This document shows positions 50,231-62,956 of a DNA stretch of 64,000 nt, one piece after another; within the stretch, counting starts at the first letter, position 1; each line of letters opens with the position of its first letter. Source of the DNA: Dipteris shenzhenensis (Eukaryota); assembly GCA_047967505.1 (NCBI GenBank), contig CM106538.1, one strand, 5' to 3'. Position numbers and translations under genes: made by a program. The notes under the pieces are model-generated. The model did no database searches. It was given only the letters and a program-made list of their open reading frames with translations, and was not told the DNA's origin.

Positions 50231-50797
50231 CTCTTTTTCTCTCTTTTCTCCTCTCTTTCCTTCTCTTTTCTCCTCTCTTTTTCTCTCTTACCTCGTCTCT
50301 TTTTTCTCCTCTCTTTTCCTCTCTTTTCTCATCTCTTTCCTTCTCTCTTTTTCTCTCTTTTATCCTCATTTTTTCTCTCTTTTTCCTTCTCTCTTTTATC
50401 CTCTCTTTCCTTCTCTCTTTTCCTCTCTTTTCTCCTCTCTTTTTCTCCTCTTATCTCCTCTCTTTTTCTCTCTTATCTCGTCACTTTTTCTCTCTTTTTC
50501 CTTCTCTCTTTTATCCTCTCTTTTCGTCTCTTTTTTCCTCTCTTTTTCTCTCTTATCTCCTCTCTTTTTCTCTCTTTTTTCTCCTCTCTTTTCCTCTATT
50601 TTCCTCTTTCTCCTCTCTTTCCTTCTCTCTTTTTCTCTCTTTTATCCCCACTTTTTCTCTTTTCACTTTCTCTCTTATCTCCTCTCTTTTTCTCTCTTTT
50701 TTCTCCTCTCTCTCTCCTATTTCTCCTCTCTTTTTCTCTCTTTTTTCTCCTCTCTTTTCCTCTATTTTCTCGTCTCTTTCCTTCTCTCTTTTTCCCC
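50230..50797. repeat. ~570-bp polypyrimidine (T/C) tract
   Basis: Almost exclusively T and C, with recurring TCTCTTTTCCTCTC-like units. Confidence 0.92.
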
Positions 50798-51000
50798 ATG
50801 TGAAGCTTCAAAGCCTAACATTGAGCAAGCAGATACAGACTTTTGTCACTCTAATTCAAAGAATGCAAGAGTTTGTAAATGCTTGCTCAATGTCAGGTTG
50901 TCACTCTATTTTTTCTTTTACGTCTCGTGACGAGGGCATGTATGATGGAAAGAGGGCATGCTCGATGGTAATCTTCTTCTTTTCTTTTCTTCAATTCATC

Positions 51001-52414
51001 ATGTGGCCAGGAAGCTCTTCAGCCTCACCTAATCTTTGGGATGCCATCTTTCGGGAGTTATATAACATTTTGGGGCACCCTCCCACTCCTAGGGAGTTAT
51101 ACACATACATGACAGGTACTCTAAACACCCACCAGGAGTTGGCAGTATAGACTCCAAACCACCCCAACCCCACACCAGTTGAGATTACCCCAGTGGATTC
51201 GAGATAGCCTAGCAGGCTAGAGAGCTGAGCCCCTTCTCCCCCCTACAGTCAAGAGACCCTTCTGTGTCGTAGAGTCATCGGTGTACTCCCATGCAGTCAA
51301 GAGTAGCTTCTCCGGCTACGAGTGGCTAGCATACTCCCATGCAGTTGAGAGTCGCTTCTCTAGCTATGAGTGGCCAGCATACTAGCTCAACATTACAGGG
51401 CAACAGGCGTAGTAGCAGGGAGAGCGGTGGGGGATGCATGGCACAGTGCTTTGGGGGGGTAATGGTGGTGGGGGCAGGGATGATTCAGATGATGCAGACA
51501 TGCTAGAGGGTGATGGTACGATCTTCTATGACATCACTCAAATAGGAGGCATCTTGATGGATGCATGGGAGAAGGACATCATGGCCTTCATGTGTTCTAT
51601 AATTGCTAGCAACTATAGAGATTGCTTTATTCACTACAAAGACCAGCTAGAAAAGTTGGCTGATGAGACCCTCGCTACTGTTTGCTCTAGGTATCCCAAC
51701 CCCCCCAATGTTCAGTTCATAGATAAATGGGCCAAGTCAAAGATTATTATGATACTTGCCAATAAAAGATCTTCCCTTAAGAGGCAGGCACTAGCCGAGA
51801 TTGCCAGGAGAGAGGGAGGTCAACCACTAAGCTCACAAGCATGAGTGGAAGAAAGCAATGAAGGCAGACCCTAGTGCAAACCCCAGTCTGTAGCACGTGG
51901 AGGCACAAAGGATCCAAATGGAGCAATATGGAAACGTGCATTTTAGAGCAGGGGGTGTTGAATCATGGGAGGCCCAATTTGTAAGTATCGATCTCAAATT
52001 ATATTGTGTTTATGTGGTTTATTTGGAGGTTGTTTCTTTGTACTAACCCCTCCGCAAATTGTGTCATCTTGCAACTTGATATTGGGTAGGTACCCTACTC
52101 CTGTCGAGACAGCCTACCATTGCCACCATCGCATAGGAGATACATGGAGGCACTTCTATGATGATGGGTTGATTACTGAGGAGCAGTATATCCGGGCTAC
52201 TGGAGTGCCCCCCCAGGTATTTAAAATTAATTAAATATTGTCAATATTGTAAGTAAATATTTGATTTTTCATACATTGATACATGTTGTCCCTCGTTTAC
52301 AGGGCCCTACGGCAAGAGGAAGAAGGTGAGGAAGACAGGATCAAAGAAGGGAGCAAAGAAGGGAGTAAAGAAGGGAGCGAAGAAGGGAGCGAGGATGCGG
52401 AGAACTTAGATTAG
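51001..52414 (+). pseudogene. CACTA ORF2 (putative TnpA-like accessory protein), divergent from the transposase and disrupted
   Basis: Paralog of 26083-27547 (MWPGSSSASP..., YDITQIGGILMDAW, YPNPPN.QF.DKWAKSKI) with the same intron positions and premature stops. Confidence 0.6.
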
Positions 52415-53178
52415 TCATAGAAGTAGTGCTAGCTACTCTTTTTTATACTTGAAGCCATTGGCTTGGCTTCATGCCTCTCTTGTATATACACTCCTCTTAT
52501 TTTTTGTACTTGAAGCAATAGGACGTGGCGTGGCTTAGCTTCATGCTATATGTACATACAAGCACTTTTTGGGCTATGAATTAATATACACTCCTTTTAT
52601 TTTTTTGGCTTTCAATTTCCTTGTGCAACGTTCTATCAATGAATGCCTTGTAAACTAAACGTTTTGGAGTTGTAATGTTTTATTCAGAATTGTAATCATC
52701 GGTTATAGACCTGCTTGAATCGTGCTAATTAAAATGCAGTTGGTTGTAAGAATTGAATTGCACAATGTGGAAATGGGATTCTTGTAACTACATAGCATAC
52801 ACAACATACACAGCATTCTGTTCAACCACACAAAATTCTGCTTTTATTTTAAAAAAAGATTCTATAGAGCATCTATAAGCACATCTATGTTCGCATCTTT
52901 CTATTTTTTTCAATTTCTATAGAGCATCTAAAAGTGTGTCTATAGGCATGTCTGTCTGTTATATAGATGCGCCTATAGACATGGTCTATAGACGTGCAAA
53001 TAGATGCACCCGTAAGTTTTTTTTAAGTTAAGGAAATGTGTCTGTGTGTGCATCTGTGGGTGCTTTGTCTTGTTGTATTCATGATGCCAAATTTAGAATC
53101 AAATTTTGATCTTAGTTGTCAATTTCAAATAGGAATAAAAAGGGTGGTGTTAGACTCATGTATGATTTTCCTTCTAGG

Positions 53179-56090
53179 TGTTGGGGAGTGGGAGAGAAAA
53201 TATGCATCATGGCAAGAGGGGGTGAGAATACAAATGAGCCAAAGAGTGTGTGTTCTATTGACTTGAGAGGCAAGCCTCTCTTTTATAAAATGAGAGAGAG
53301 GGTGGCCTAAATCATAGGCACATCTCCTAGACCAAAGGAGATAACTCCTACATCATAGGCAGCTCCCCAAGTGGGGACCTTGTACTGCATCACCACCTGT
53401 GTCATGGTCCATAGCACTAAGCATGCTTTACTACACACACACAAACACACACACAATCACATTGGATTGCTACTAGAGCAAGCCCTTGATAATACATATC
53501 CCAATATACCACCCCTCAAGGGTTTGCCACATGCTATGTCAAGGATACATCTTGTCACATAGCTTCACATGCCATCTCATGGTAGTCAAGGATAAATCTA
53601 TGGCTAGGATCTCATGCCAGCAAAGGTGCCCAAGGGTCAAGATTTACAAAATGGGATAAACTCTCCCCAAATGGCTATCTCCCTTACATGTACAAGGATT
53701 AATCTTAGGCCTTTGTGTGTCCACCTAGTTTCTCATGTCTGCGAGAGGTACCATGGAGGCAAAGACATATCACATAGCCTACATCATATGGTGACCAGAG
53801 ATGATTTACAAACACTATAAGGACTAAAACACATAACCATAACATTCTTTTTGGAGTACTACTAGAGGCAGAGAGCCTCAAAATTGACTACATGAACAAG
53901 TGATGATAAAAGTTCAAAGATGTTGGACTTTAGGAGGTCCAATCTTCATGTGTTTCTTCATTTGTTGATCAATGCGGCCACAAAATTTGTTACTTCATTT
54001 GCTAATGGAGTTCTTTCTTCAACCATATTTTCCTTTAATTTCTTCTTCTCATTGCAACACTTCTCAAAGTGATTGTTTTGGCCACAATAAGTGCATGGAT
54101 TGATCCGGCCATAATAAGTACATGGATTGATCCTATAGCAATCTTTTTGCATATAATTGGTCTTTCCACAATGCTTGCAGGCTTTGTACTTGCCCTTTGA
54201 TGAGAACTTCACTATAAGTGCTTGAGTTTGATCTTCTACCTTCCTTGAATTCTTCTTTCTCTCTGCTTCTTGTAAAGCACTGATGATGCTCTGTACTATT
54301 GGTTGAGGAAGATTCTTCAAAGTAGTCACAACATAGTCAAAATCCTGAGGCATACTCTTCAAGAGCACAGCCATTGCATCATCTTTAGTAACTAAAGAAT
54401 TGACTGAGGCCAATTGTGTGATCATAAGACTCCTCATAGCATTGACATGAGCTGCAACAGAGTCTCCATCCATCCTAAATTCAAATAACTTAATCTTTAA
54501 ACTCAATTTAGAGTTATGAGAACTAGTATCAAATAGTACATCTAACTTATGCCAAGCCTCAGAAGGAGATTCCAAACCTAAAATATGACGCACATAATTA
54601 TCTCCCAATCCTAATGCAATAATTGCATAGGCTTTCTCTCAGGCCTTTTAGAATCTGTTGGTGTTGTTGAAGTAGAGTCACTTTTCTTCCCTTTTCCTTT
54701 GGTTGTGGTGGATTCTCCCTCTTGTGATGACTCGTTCCTGGCTTGAATAAATCCCATAAATTCATAGGCACAAATTTAATTTTCATTTGCCAAGTATGGA
54801 ATTCTTGGCCATTGAATTTGTCTATCTTAAATGTAGCCATGAGAGGGCCCTTACCTTTACATTTAGGCAGTGTCTGAGCTCTCTTACAAATGGCTATAAA
54901 TCTCAACCATACAAGTGCATATTGCAAGCCATAAAATCAGAGAATCCTAGTCTTTTTGCATCAAAATACTATATATGACCTATATGGCTTTTTCTTCACA
55001 AGCTCAGTCACCTTTCTATTGACATATCTAGGTGCTTATTTCTTCTCTTTTGCTTTCACATATGAAGCATTGGAAGAGGAACAAGAGCTAGGAATTTTGA
55101 ATAAGCATTAATAACTGAAAGTTTTACTAATAACAAATCATCCTCAACACCCACATGAACTGAATTTTAACATCAAATGTCAAAAACTGCCAAACTGACT
55201 TATAGAATACTAGAGCAAATCGGAGGGCTGAATTCACACAACTAGAAGAGCTATTTAAGGGGATTTTTATGCAAAATCAAAGAATATATACCAAAGAAGA
55301 TCCGGCAGAGAACATTGGTAAAACTGTGCACTATGACATCTAGGAGAAGAGAGCCAACTCTGACTGTTGTTTTTGTGAATTCTCCTCATTCCAGCAAGCA
55401 TTTGAGCTCATATTTGAACACAATATTTGAACACAATGTAGCTTATGGTCTCACCCACCTGTGGCTAGAAGTAAGACGAATGGTTGAGGCTACAAGCAGA
55501 ATTATATGATAAGTTGTCAGGCTGTTAGCACAGGCAAAAGGGGTGAGGACTTTCTAATTCCATTAGCCTAAAGAGTCACCCCAAGGTGAAGATTATTTAG
55601 CTTAGAGGGCTTGGAAAATGGTGCAATAGAAAAGGATAATTGAGCTCTACAAGCTTTGGAGAGAAAGGGGGCAATATGAGGAAGAAGGTGGAGGGTGGCT
55701 CAAAGAAGGTGACAAGGTGGCATTTTGGAGCTAGAATGGGCTAGAGGCTTGAGGTGGCTCTAATACCACATGTTGGGTCATGGCAAGAGGGAGTGAGAAC
55801 ACAAATTATCCAAAGAGTGTGTGTTCTATTAATTTGAGAGGGAAGCCTCTCTTTTATAGAATGAGAGAGAGGGTGGCCTAAATCATAGGCACCTCTCCTA
55901 CGTCAAAGGAGATAACTCCTACATCATAGGGACTCCTAAGCTACATTATAGGCACCTCCCCAAGTGGGGGACCTTGTATTGCATCACCACCTATGTCATG
56001 GTCCATAGTAGTAAGTGTACATCACTACACACACACACACAATCATATGATGACTACTAGAGCAAGCCCTTGATCACACATATCGCAACA
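53179..56090 (-). mobile_element. Older gag-only TR-GAG element (family F)
   Basis: LTRs 53179-53506 and 55771-56090, TSD CTAGG/CCAGG, PBS (TGGTATTAGAGC) at 55757-55768, PPT-like ~53507-53519, gag only. Confidence 0.88.
53958..54840 (-). pseudogene. Gag of element F (frameshifted near 54640)
   Basis: MATFKIDKFNGQEFHTWQMKIKF, LLKSMPQDFDYVV, two knuckle-like motifs; homologous to the Gag of element E. Confidence 0.82.
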
Positions 56091-56830
56091 CCAGGGCCAA
56101 TAAAATTGCCATGATATGTTCATTTCATAGTCAAGGAAATTGTCAAATGTTCCTAAAAGAATGATTTATTTTTTGAACATTCTTTTCTATGAGTGGTCAT
56201 TGTACTAAGCCCTAATGAGCTTGGAATTTCTCCTAAGCAGTATAATTGACAAGTTCATGATGCCCAATTCAATGCCAAATTTAGAATTGAATTTTAATAT
56301 TGGTTGTTGATTCTGAATACAGATAAAAAGGATGGTGTATGACTATGATGTATGATTTTTCCTTCCAAGGCCAATAATTTTCCTTGATGTGTTAATTCTA
56401 TGGATTAGTTATAGTCAAGGAATTATCAAATGTTCCTAGGGTATGATTTATTTTCCAAACACTATTTTCTATGACTCCTTATTGTAGTAAGCTCCAATAT
56501 TAAAGAGAAGTTAGGATTTATCTTGGGCACAATTGATAGCTTCACGATGCCCAATTCAATGCCAAATTTAGAATGGAACTTTGATCTTGGTTGTCTATTC
56601 CAAAAGGATAAAAGGCTAGTGTGACTTTGATGTATGATTTTTCCTTCCACAACCAATAATTTTCACATGATGCCACTCATTTGGAGAACTAATTATAGTC
56701 AATAAAACTATCAATGCTCTTAAGAGAACCAAACATTCTTTTGTATGAGTCCTCTTTGCACCAAGCTCTATTTAGCATGGTATAACCAATCCTATAGGAT
56801 TCTCTTTCCATACCAATAATTTGCCATAAT
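56091..56830. repeat. Degenerate AT-rich ~290-bp tandem repeat (also at 53078-53178), the target of the CACTA and element F insertions
   Basis: ATGCCAAATTTAGAAT...TGTATGATTTT.CCTTC recurs at ~53084, ~56272 and ~56559. Confidence 0.7.
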
Positions 56831-57063
56831 ATCATGATAATGTAGATTGAGCATGCCTAAGAATATTATTGCACATTTTTTTCTTTTTAGAGAGATGGAG
56901 AAGTCTGAGAAGCTCAAAGAAACTTTTTAGTGCAAGCACACATTTGTAATGGAAAAATTGTGATAAGTGCCTCATCCACCCATGGCCAATTGGGGGCCAA
57001 TTTATATCCTGCTATACCTTCCCAACTTTGAATGATTGAGTACTCTACTAACTTGGAAGACAA

Positions 57064-60000
57064 TGTTAGTTCTTATCTACTATGTATGGGTGTGACCTTA
57101 GTAGTGTTCAATTGTATTGTGTGGGGTGAATATGAGCTGATTGTGGAGAAGACTGTTGCTCCCTCCTGGTTGCTTCCTATATCTCTCTTCTTGTTTTTCT
57201 TAATATGGTATCAGAGCTACCGTTCCTTGCCTTCTAGTTGCCCACTACTTGTGGAAGCTTGCGAGAGTGCTTCTCCTACTCTGAAGCTTCGAAATGATGA
57301 GAAGAGATCTCGTTTTTTGGACTGAAATAGCAATTTCTAGCTTCTGTTTGGCTTGGGAGCTGTCCAATTGATGCCTTCTTGCTAAGGGGAGATCACTATT
57401 ACCCATAGGTTGCTCGTGGGAGATGTATTTTGATAAAATACAACTCGTTTTTATTGTTTAGGTGTGATAGAATGGAGCTGATCTCTTTTTTTGGCTAACT
57501 ACTACTTGGTTTGAGCAAAGCAAGAGGTATATACAGCAGTAAGAAGCAAAAACGTCTCTCCAAACCTCATTGCCCAGCTCTTTGGAGGTTGTTTGTGAAA
57601 TGTCTCTCCAAACCTCATCGCCCAGTTCTCTGGAGGTTGTTTGTGGCTGAAAAAAACTCTCCTACATCTCCTATCAAGTGAGGAGAACCTTCAGCTTGTA
57701 GATCTCGTTTTTTTTGGCTCTTGGACAGCTTTTGGAGACTTCAAAAGTGATATACGACTTGCTTTCTTCCTTTTTCCAGCACCCCAAAGGTTTGCTACAT
57801 CCTTATACATCATCTTTGTGGAGTCTTAGTCTCTCTGTGAGATACCAAGACACCCGTGTTCCTCTAAACACAAAAAGTGTTGCTACCGTTTTTTGATCAA
57901 AAGTGATCAATTTGTCATTTTTCGGACTATTTATTTTTCAAACTGTATGGATTTAGATGCTAGTTTGAACTGACAAGTTAGAGGCAAGTATACAAGTTCT
58001 GACTTTGCTTTTGGAAGCAAGTTCATTTGGATTTACTGTCAAAAGTTATGAGCTTGGAAAAATTAAAAAAAGTCACAATTTACAACTTACTATCAAATTG
58101 TCAGATGTAGTTGCAAGCATGATATTGCAATGTTCATGGATATATGTGATGGTATTTAAATGCCCAGTGGTTGGATGTTAATGTCAAGTAGCTTGAAAGA
58201 TGCTATGCCTTGCCAATGATAGTAGCAAAGTGGCATTTTGAGTTCGGTTAATCCATTGAAATAGTAACTAGAAGTTTCCGGACTGCTGTCAAAAGTGTGT
58301 AGGTACCTGTTTTTAGCAGCAAATAACAGTGAAACCTTACAGAATTCGGACCTGCACTAACATGAAAAGTTGTAGACCTATGGATTGGCTACAATTTGTT
58401 AGTTGATAGTTTTTGTATTTGAGGTAACGTGCGGAAGTTATTGACTGTGCAAAACAACAAAAAGTTGCAGAAATCTGCTATTGGAAACCATGGCTCTGTT
58501 GGAGAGAAGGATCAAAATAATTATGCCATTTGGAAGGTTCGGATGGAAAATTTCCTGACTGGAAAAGGATATTGGGATTTGGTTACAGGTGATGAGAAAG
58601 AGCCTAATTTGCCAGAAAGAAATGCTACTGTAGAACAAGTTAAGAATCATAAAGCTTGGCTGGAAAGAGCACGGAGGGTACTTCATTGGTTTTCAATATC
58701 TATTTCAGATGCCATGGTTATGCAAATTCTGAACTACAAGTGCCAGGAAAATTCAACTGAAGCAAAAGTTCAACCATATGTGAAGGCGGGGTAGAACAAT
58801 ACAGGAGTACGTGACTGAAATCAAAACCATAGCTGATCAATTAGCTTCTATTGTTGCTTCTATGGATGATGATGACATGGTTGTAGTCACTTTGAATGGA
58901 CTTGGTCCTGAATATAAGTCTTTTGACACTTCCATTTCGGTGAGACTAGATATGCCGGATTTCAATGAACTGGTTGCTCTTTTGATACATGAAGAAGTGA
59001 AGCTTGGGCTGAATACTGGTACTAGTATCTCTAGAAATAGAGATGTTTTTTACTCTAATCAGAGAGGTAGAGGTGGTAGAGGCAAGAGTGACTCCCATGG
59101 TAGAGGTGATGTTAGATATACATCGTAAGCTCAAGCCCATAATTAGAGCAATCAAAATCAGCCTCATAGAGGAGGAGGATCTCTCTGAGGCAGGGGAAGA
59201 TCTGGATCATGAGGTAGAGGGGCTTGGCAGTCACCTCACCATGTGGATCAGCCCAATAAGGATAAGGTATGCCATTACTGTGGGAAGATTGGCCATATTG
59301 CCAGGGATTGCTTCAAGAAACAAGCGAATCAGAGAGGAAGGGCAAATTAGCAAGGTCATTTCGCTTCTTCAAGTCATACACATGACACACTCACAGACCA
59401 GTTGTTTGCTATGACGTATGTACAAGATCATAAGCCTACTGATGGTGGCTTTGAGGATGCGTGGTACATAGATTCAAGAGCATCTAACCATATGACACCA
59501 CATGGTGAGTGGTTTATACAGATGACTCCTAGACTGCATGGATCTGTTTGCACCAGTGATGATACTCAGTATGACATTACTCATATGGGTGTGGTACCTT
59601 TGGCTATGCATGATGGCCAGACTAAGAAATTGTTTGATGTGTTGCATGTGCCTTCTATCATGAAGAATTTGTTGTCTGTTGGGCAAATGGCTGAGCAAAA
59701 CTTGCAGGTGCGGTTTAATAAGCATGGCTGTTTCATTGAAGTATTTGATAATGGCTGTAAACTTATTGCAAAAGGGAAAAGACAAGGAAGAATGTTCATT
59801 TTAGATGCAGGCATACCGAAATTAAAGGCTGCCATGTTCACCCATGGTACGGGTGTTGTTCACGACTTGGAAATTTGGCACAAACGCATTGGTCATATTA
59901 ATATTCAGAAGCTAAAAAATATGCAGCAAAGAGGCATTGTCGATGGCTTGCCAAAGTTCAACTATACTGCTTTAGAGCATGTTTGTTCTGCATGCCAGTT

Positions 60001-62956
60001 TGGAAAACAATCAAGGTTGCCATTCAGTAAGCATCTACAGGAGAGTAGTAGACCTTTGCAGTTGATTCATTTTGATGTCTGGGGTTCCGCACACACTACC
60101 TCAATGGGAGGCTCGTCATATTATGTTACATTTATTGATGATTTTAGCCGGTATACATGGCTGTATTTTTTGAAACATAAGGATGAGGTTCTGCCTGGCT
60201 TCAAGCATTTCAAGCAACATGTTGAGTTGAAAAGGAGTTTGGGTCATATATTACATGCTTGAGATCAGATAATGAGGTGAATATCTGTCAAATGAATTTG
60301 ATGACTTCTTGGCCTATCATGGGATTAGAGGGGAGCTTACATGCCCATATACACCAAAGCAGAATGGAGTGGTTGAACATAAGAATGGGGTGATTGGTTC
60401 GTCTGGTAGAGCCATGTTGAACGAAAAGAACTTACCTAATTATTATTGGGCAGAAGCACTTGCAACTACAGTGTATGTGTTGAATCGCACTCCTACTGTT
60501 GGCATTCATATGCTCACACCATATGAGAAATTGTATCGACAGAAGCCCGATGTCAGTCATTTAAAAGTGTTTGGCAGCTTGGCATATGTGCATATACCAG
60601 ATGAAAAGAGACGGAAGTTGGATCCCAAATCTGAAAGATGTGTGTTTATTGGCTATGCATAGAATCAAAAGGGTTACAAATGCTACAACCCATCGACCAA
60701 GAAGACTATGGTGAGTTGGGATGTTGTTTTTGATGAGCTGGAATCTTGGTATGGCAAGCCAAAAGTGGCTGTTCCAAATGATGCATCTGCAGGTCATGCA
60801 TATGATAAAAATCAACAAATTAGTGCATCCATATCTGGGCCTACATCTACTGGTTCTACTATAGTGAATCCTTGGTCTAGCAGGTTACGCAATTCCACTG
60901 ACACTGCTATGTTAGTGAGGGGGAGAGATAAAGGGAAAGCCAAGGTTGTTGAGGTGCTTTTGCAAGCTAAAAATGATGTCCCTGGGCCATCAAATTGTGG
61001 CTATGATTCATCATGTAGTGACAGTTTGGATACTAAGCTGGGTATACCATCTATGTCTACACTTGGAGTCAAGGTAAGTAGGTACATACCTCCTCATGAA
61101 CGAGGAGAGTCAGGCACTCCAGTGAGAAGGTCACAGAGAGTTAACTTATAGGGGTTATGCTACTCGGCATTATGCAAATATGACAAAAGTTATCAGACAT
61201 ACTGAGCCAACTGTCTTTGGTGAGGCTGTGCAACATGGTCATTGGCAAAATGCCATGGATGAGGAGATGGATGCTCTTGCCACTAATCAGACTTGGGATT
61301 TGGTGGAGTTGCTTGAAGGCAATAATCCTATTGGTTGAAAATGGGTCTACAAAGTAAAATGCAAGTCTGATGGAACAATGGAAAGGTATAAAGCAAGGCT
61401 AGTTGCCAAATGGTATGCATAGTAGTATGGGCTAGATTATGAGGAAACTCTCAACTCTATTGCCAAGATGGCAACTGTGAGAACTGTCATAGCATTGGCT
61501 GTTGCAAATGGCTAGAAATTGCAGCAAATGGATGTCAAGGATGCTTTCCTAAATGGTGACTTGTTGGAGGAAGTCTATATGGTTCAGCCTGAGGGTTATG
61601 TGCACCCTGACTATCCCAACTATGTTTACAGGTTGAAGAAAGCTCTCTATGGGCTGGAAGCATGGAAGGACCTAGAGCATGGAATGAAAGGATAAGTAGA
61701 TACCTGCAGGAGCTTGGTTTTGTAGTTGGGAAGGCTGATCATTCACTGGTCACAAAGAAGACAATTGCTGGATATGTTGTGATTGTGATTTATGTTGATG
61801 ATCTATTCTGGCTGGTAGTGATGATGATGGCATTGCTGAAATTAAGAGCAAGCTGAAAATGGAGTTTGATATGAAGGATCTAGGGGACTTGAAGTTCTTT
61901 CTTGGCATAGAGGTGTTGAGAACACCTGATGGCATTTGGCTTATGCAAAGGCAATATGCCTTGAATATGCTAGAGAGGTTTGGCATGAAGGATTGCAAAC
62001 TAATGGATATTCCCTTGGATCAAAACTTGAAGATGATGGCTGATTCTGGAGCTGAGATTGATGACATTACCATGTATAGGTAGATGGTTGGAAGCTTGAT
62101 TTATCTGACTATTACCAGGCCTGATTTAATATATGTTGTGGGACTCATTAGTCAATTTATGCAAAAGCCACGGAAGCCTCGCTTGGATGCAGTGAGAAGG
62201 ATTATGCACTATGTCAAGGCAACATATCAGTATGGACTCTTTTATGAGTATGGAAAGGATATAGAACTGGTTGGATACACAGATGCAGATTGGGCAAGAT
62301 GTGCTTATGACAGGAGATCCACCAGTGGTTATGCATTCAGCCTTAGAAGTGCTATGGTTAGCTGGAGTAGCAAAAAGCAATCCACAGTGGCATTGTCTAG
62401 TACAGAGGTGTAGCATTGGCTGCATGTGAGATTGCTTGGCTTCAGAAGCTTTTGCAGGATTTGGGACTGCATGTGGAAAAACTAGTTAGACTTTATTGTT
62501 ATAACATGAGTAGTGTGCAGTTGGCAAGTAATCCGGTTTATCATGCTAGAACTAAGCATATTGAGGTACACTACCATTTCATCAGAGAGATGATGTTATC
62601 AAAGAAGATTGATCTCATACATGTGAAGACTGAAGTTGAGGTTGCAAATATCTTTACCAAGTCATTGGGTAGAGATAAGTTTACATACTTTAGAGAGCTA
62701 CTTGGTGTTATGCTCCCTACTTGAGCTTGAGGGGGAGTGTTGGGAATCAAGCTCTCGGTTATTGTTCTTGTTGTGTGAGTAGGTGAATAAGGTGAGTCAC
62801 ACTGACTCAACCATAGGTAGTTCTTATCTACTATTAATGGGTGTGACCTTAGTAGTGTTCAATTGTATTATGTGGGGTGAATATGAGCTGATTGTGTAGG
62901 AGACTGTTGCTCCCTCTTGGTTGCTTCCTATATCTCTCTTCTTGTTTTTCTTAATA
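57064..62956 (+). mobile_element. Degenerate Ty1/copia element, family G
   Basis: Shortened 5' LTR (~57064-57205), PBS TGGTATCAGAGC at 57206, PPT GAGGGGGAG at 62729-62737, 3' LTR 62738-62956. Confidence 0.9.
58490..62724 (+). pseudogene. Family G gag-pol with many stops and frameshifts
   Basis: NNYAIWKVRM, CHYCGKIGHIARDC, WYIDSRAS, WHKRIGH...CSAC, FIDDFSR, YVDD, GYTDADW, KHIEVHYHF. Confidence 0.9.

Larger units (their letters stand above)
38976..53077. mobile_element. Complete CACTA/EnSpm-superfamily DNA transposon with CACAA termini (contains nested copia copy 2)
   Basis: TIRs CACAACAAGACAAAGCA (38976) and TGCTTTGTCTTGTTGTA (ends 53077), 3-bp TSD TTC/TTC, subterminal TAGACGC-type repeats at both ends, Tnp2/TnpD-like transposase inside. 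Confidence 0.93.

Noticed and set aside
50186-51000. Long F/S/L-rich ORFs (205 and 308 aa)
   Set aside because: Artefacts of the T/C tract, which cannot encode stop codons.
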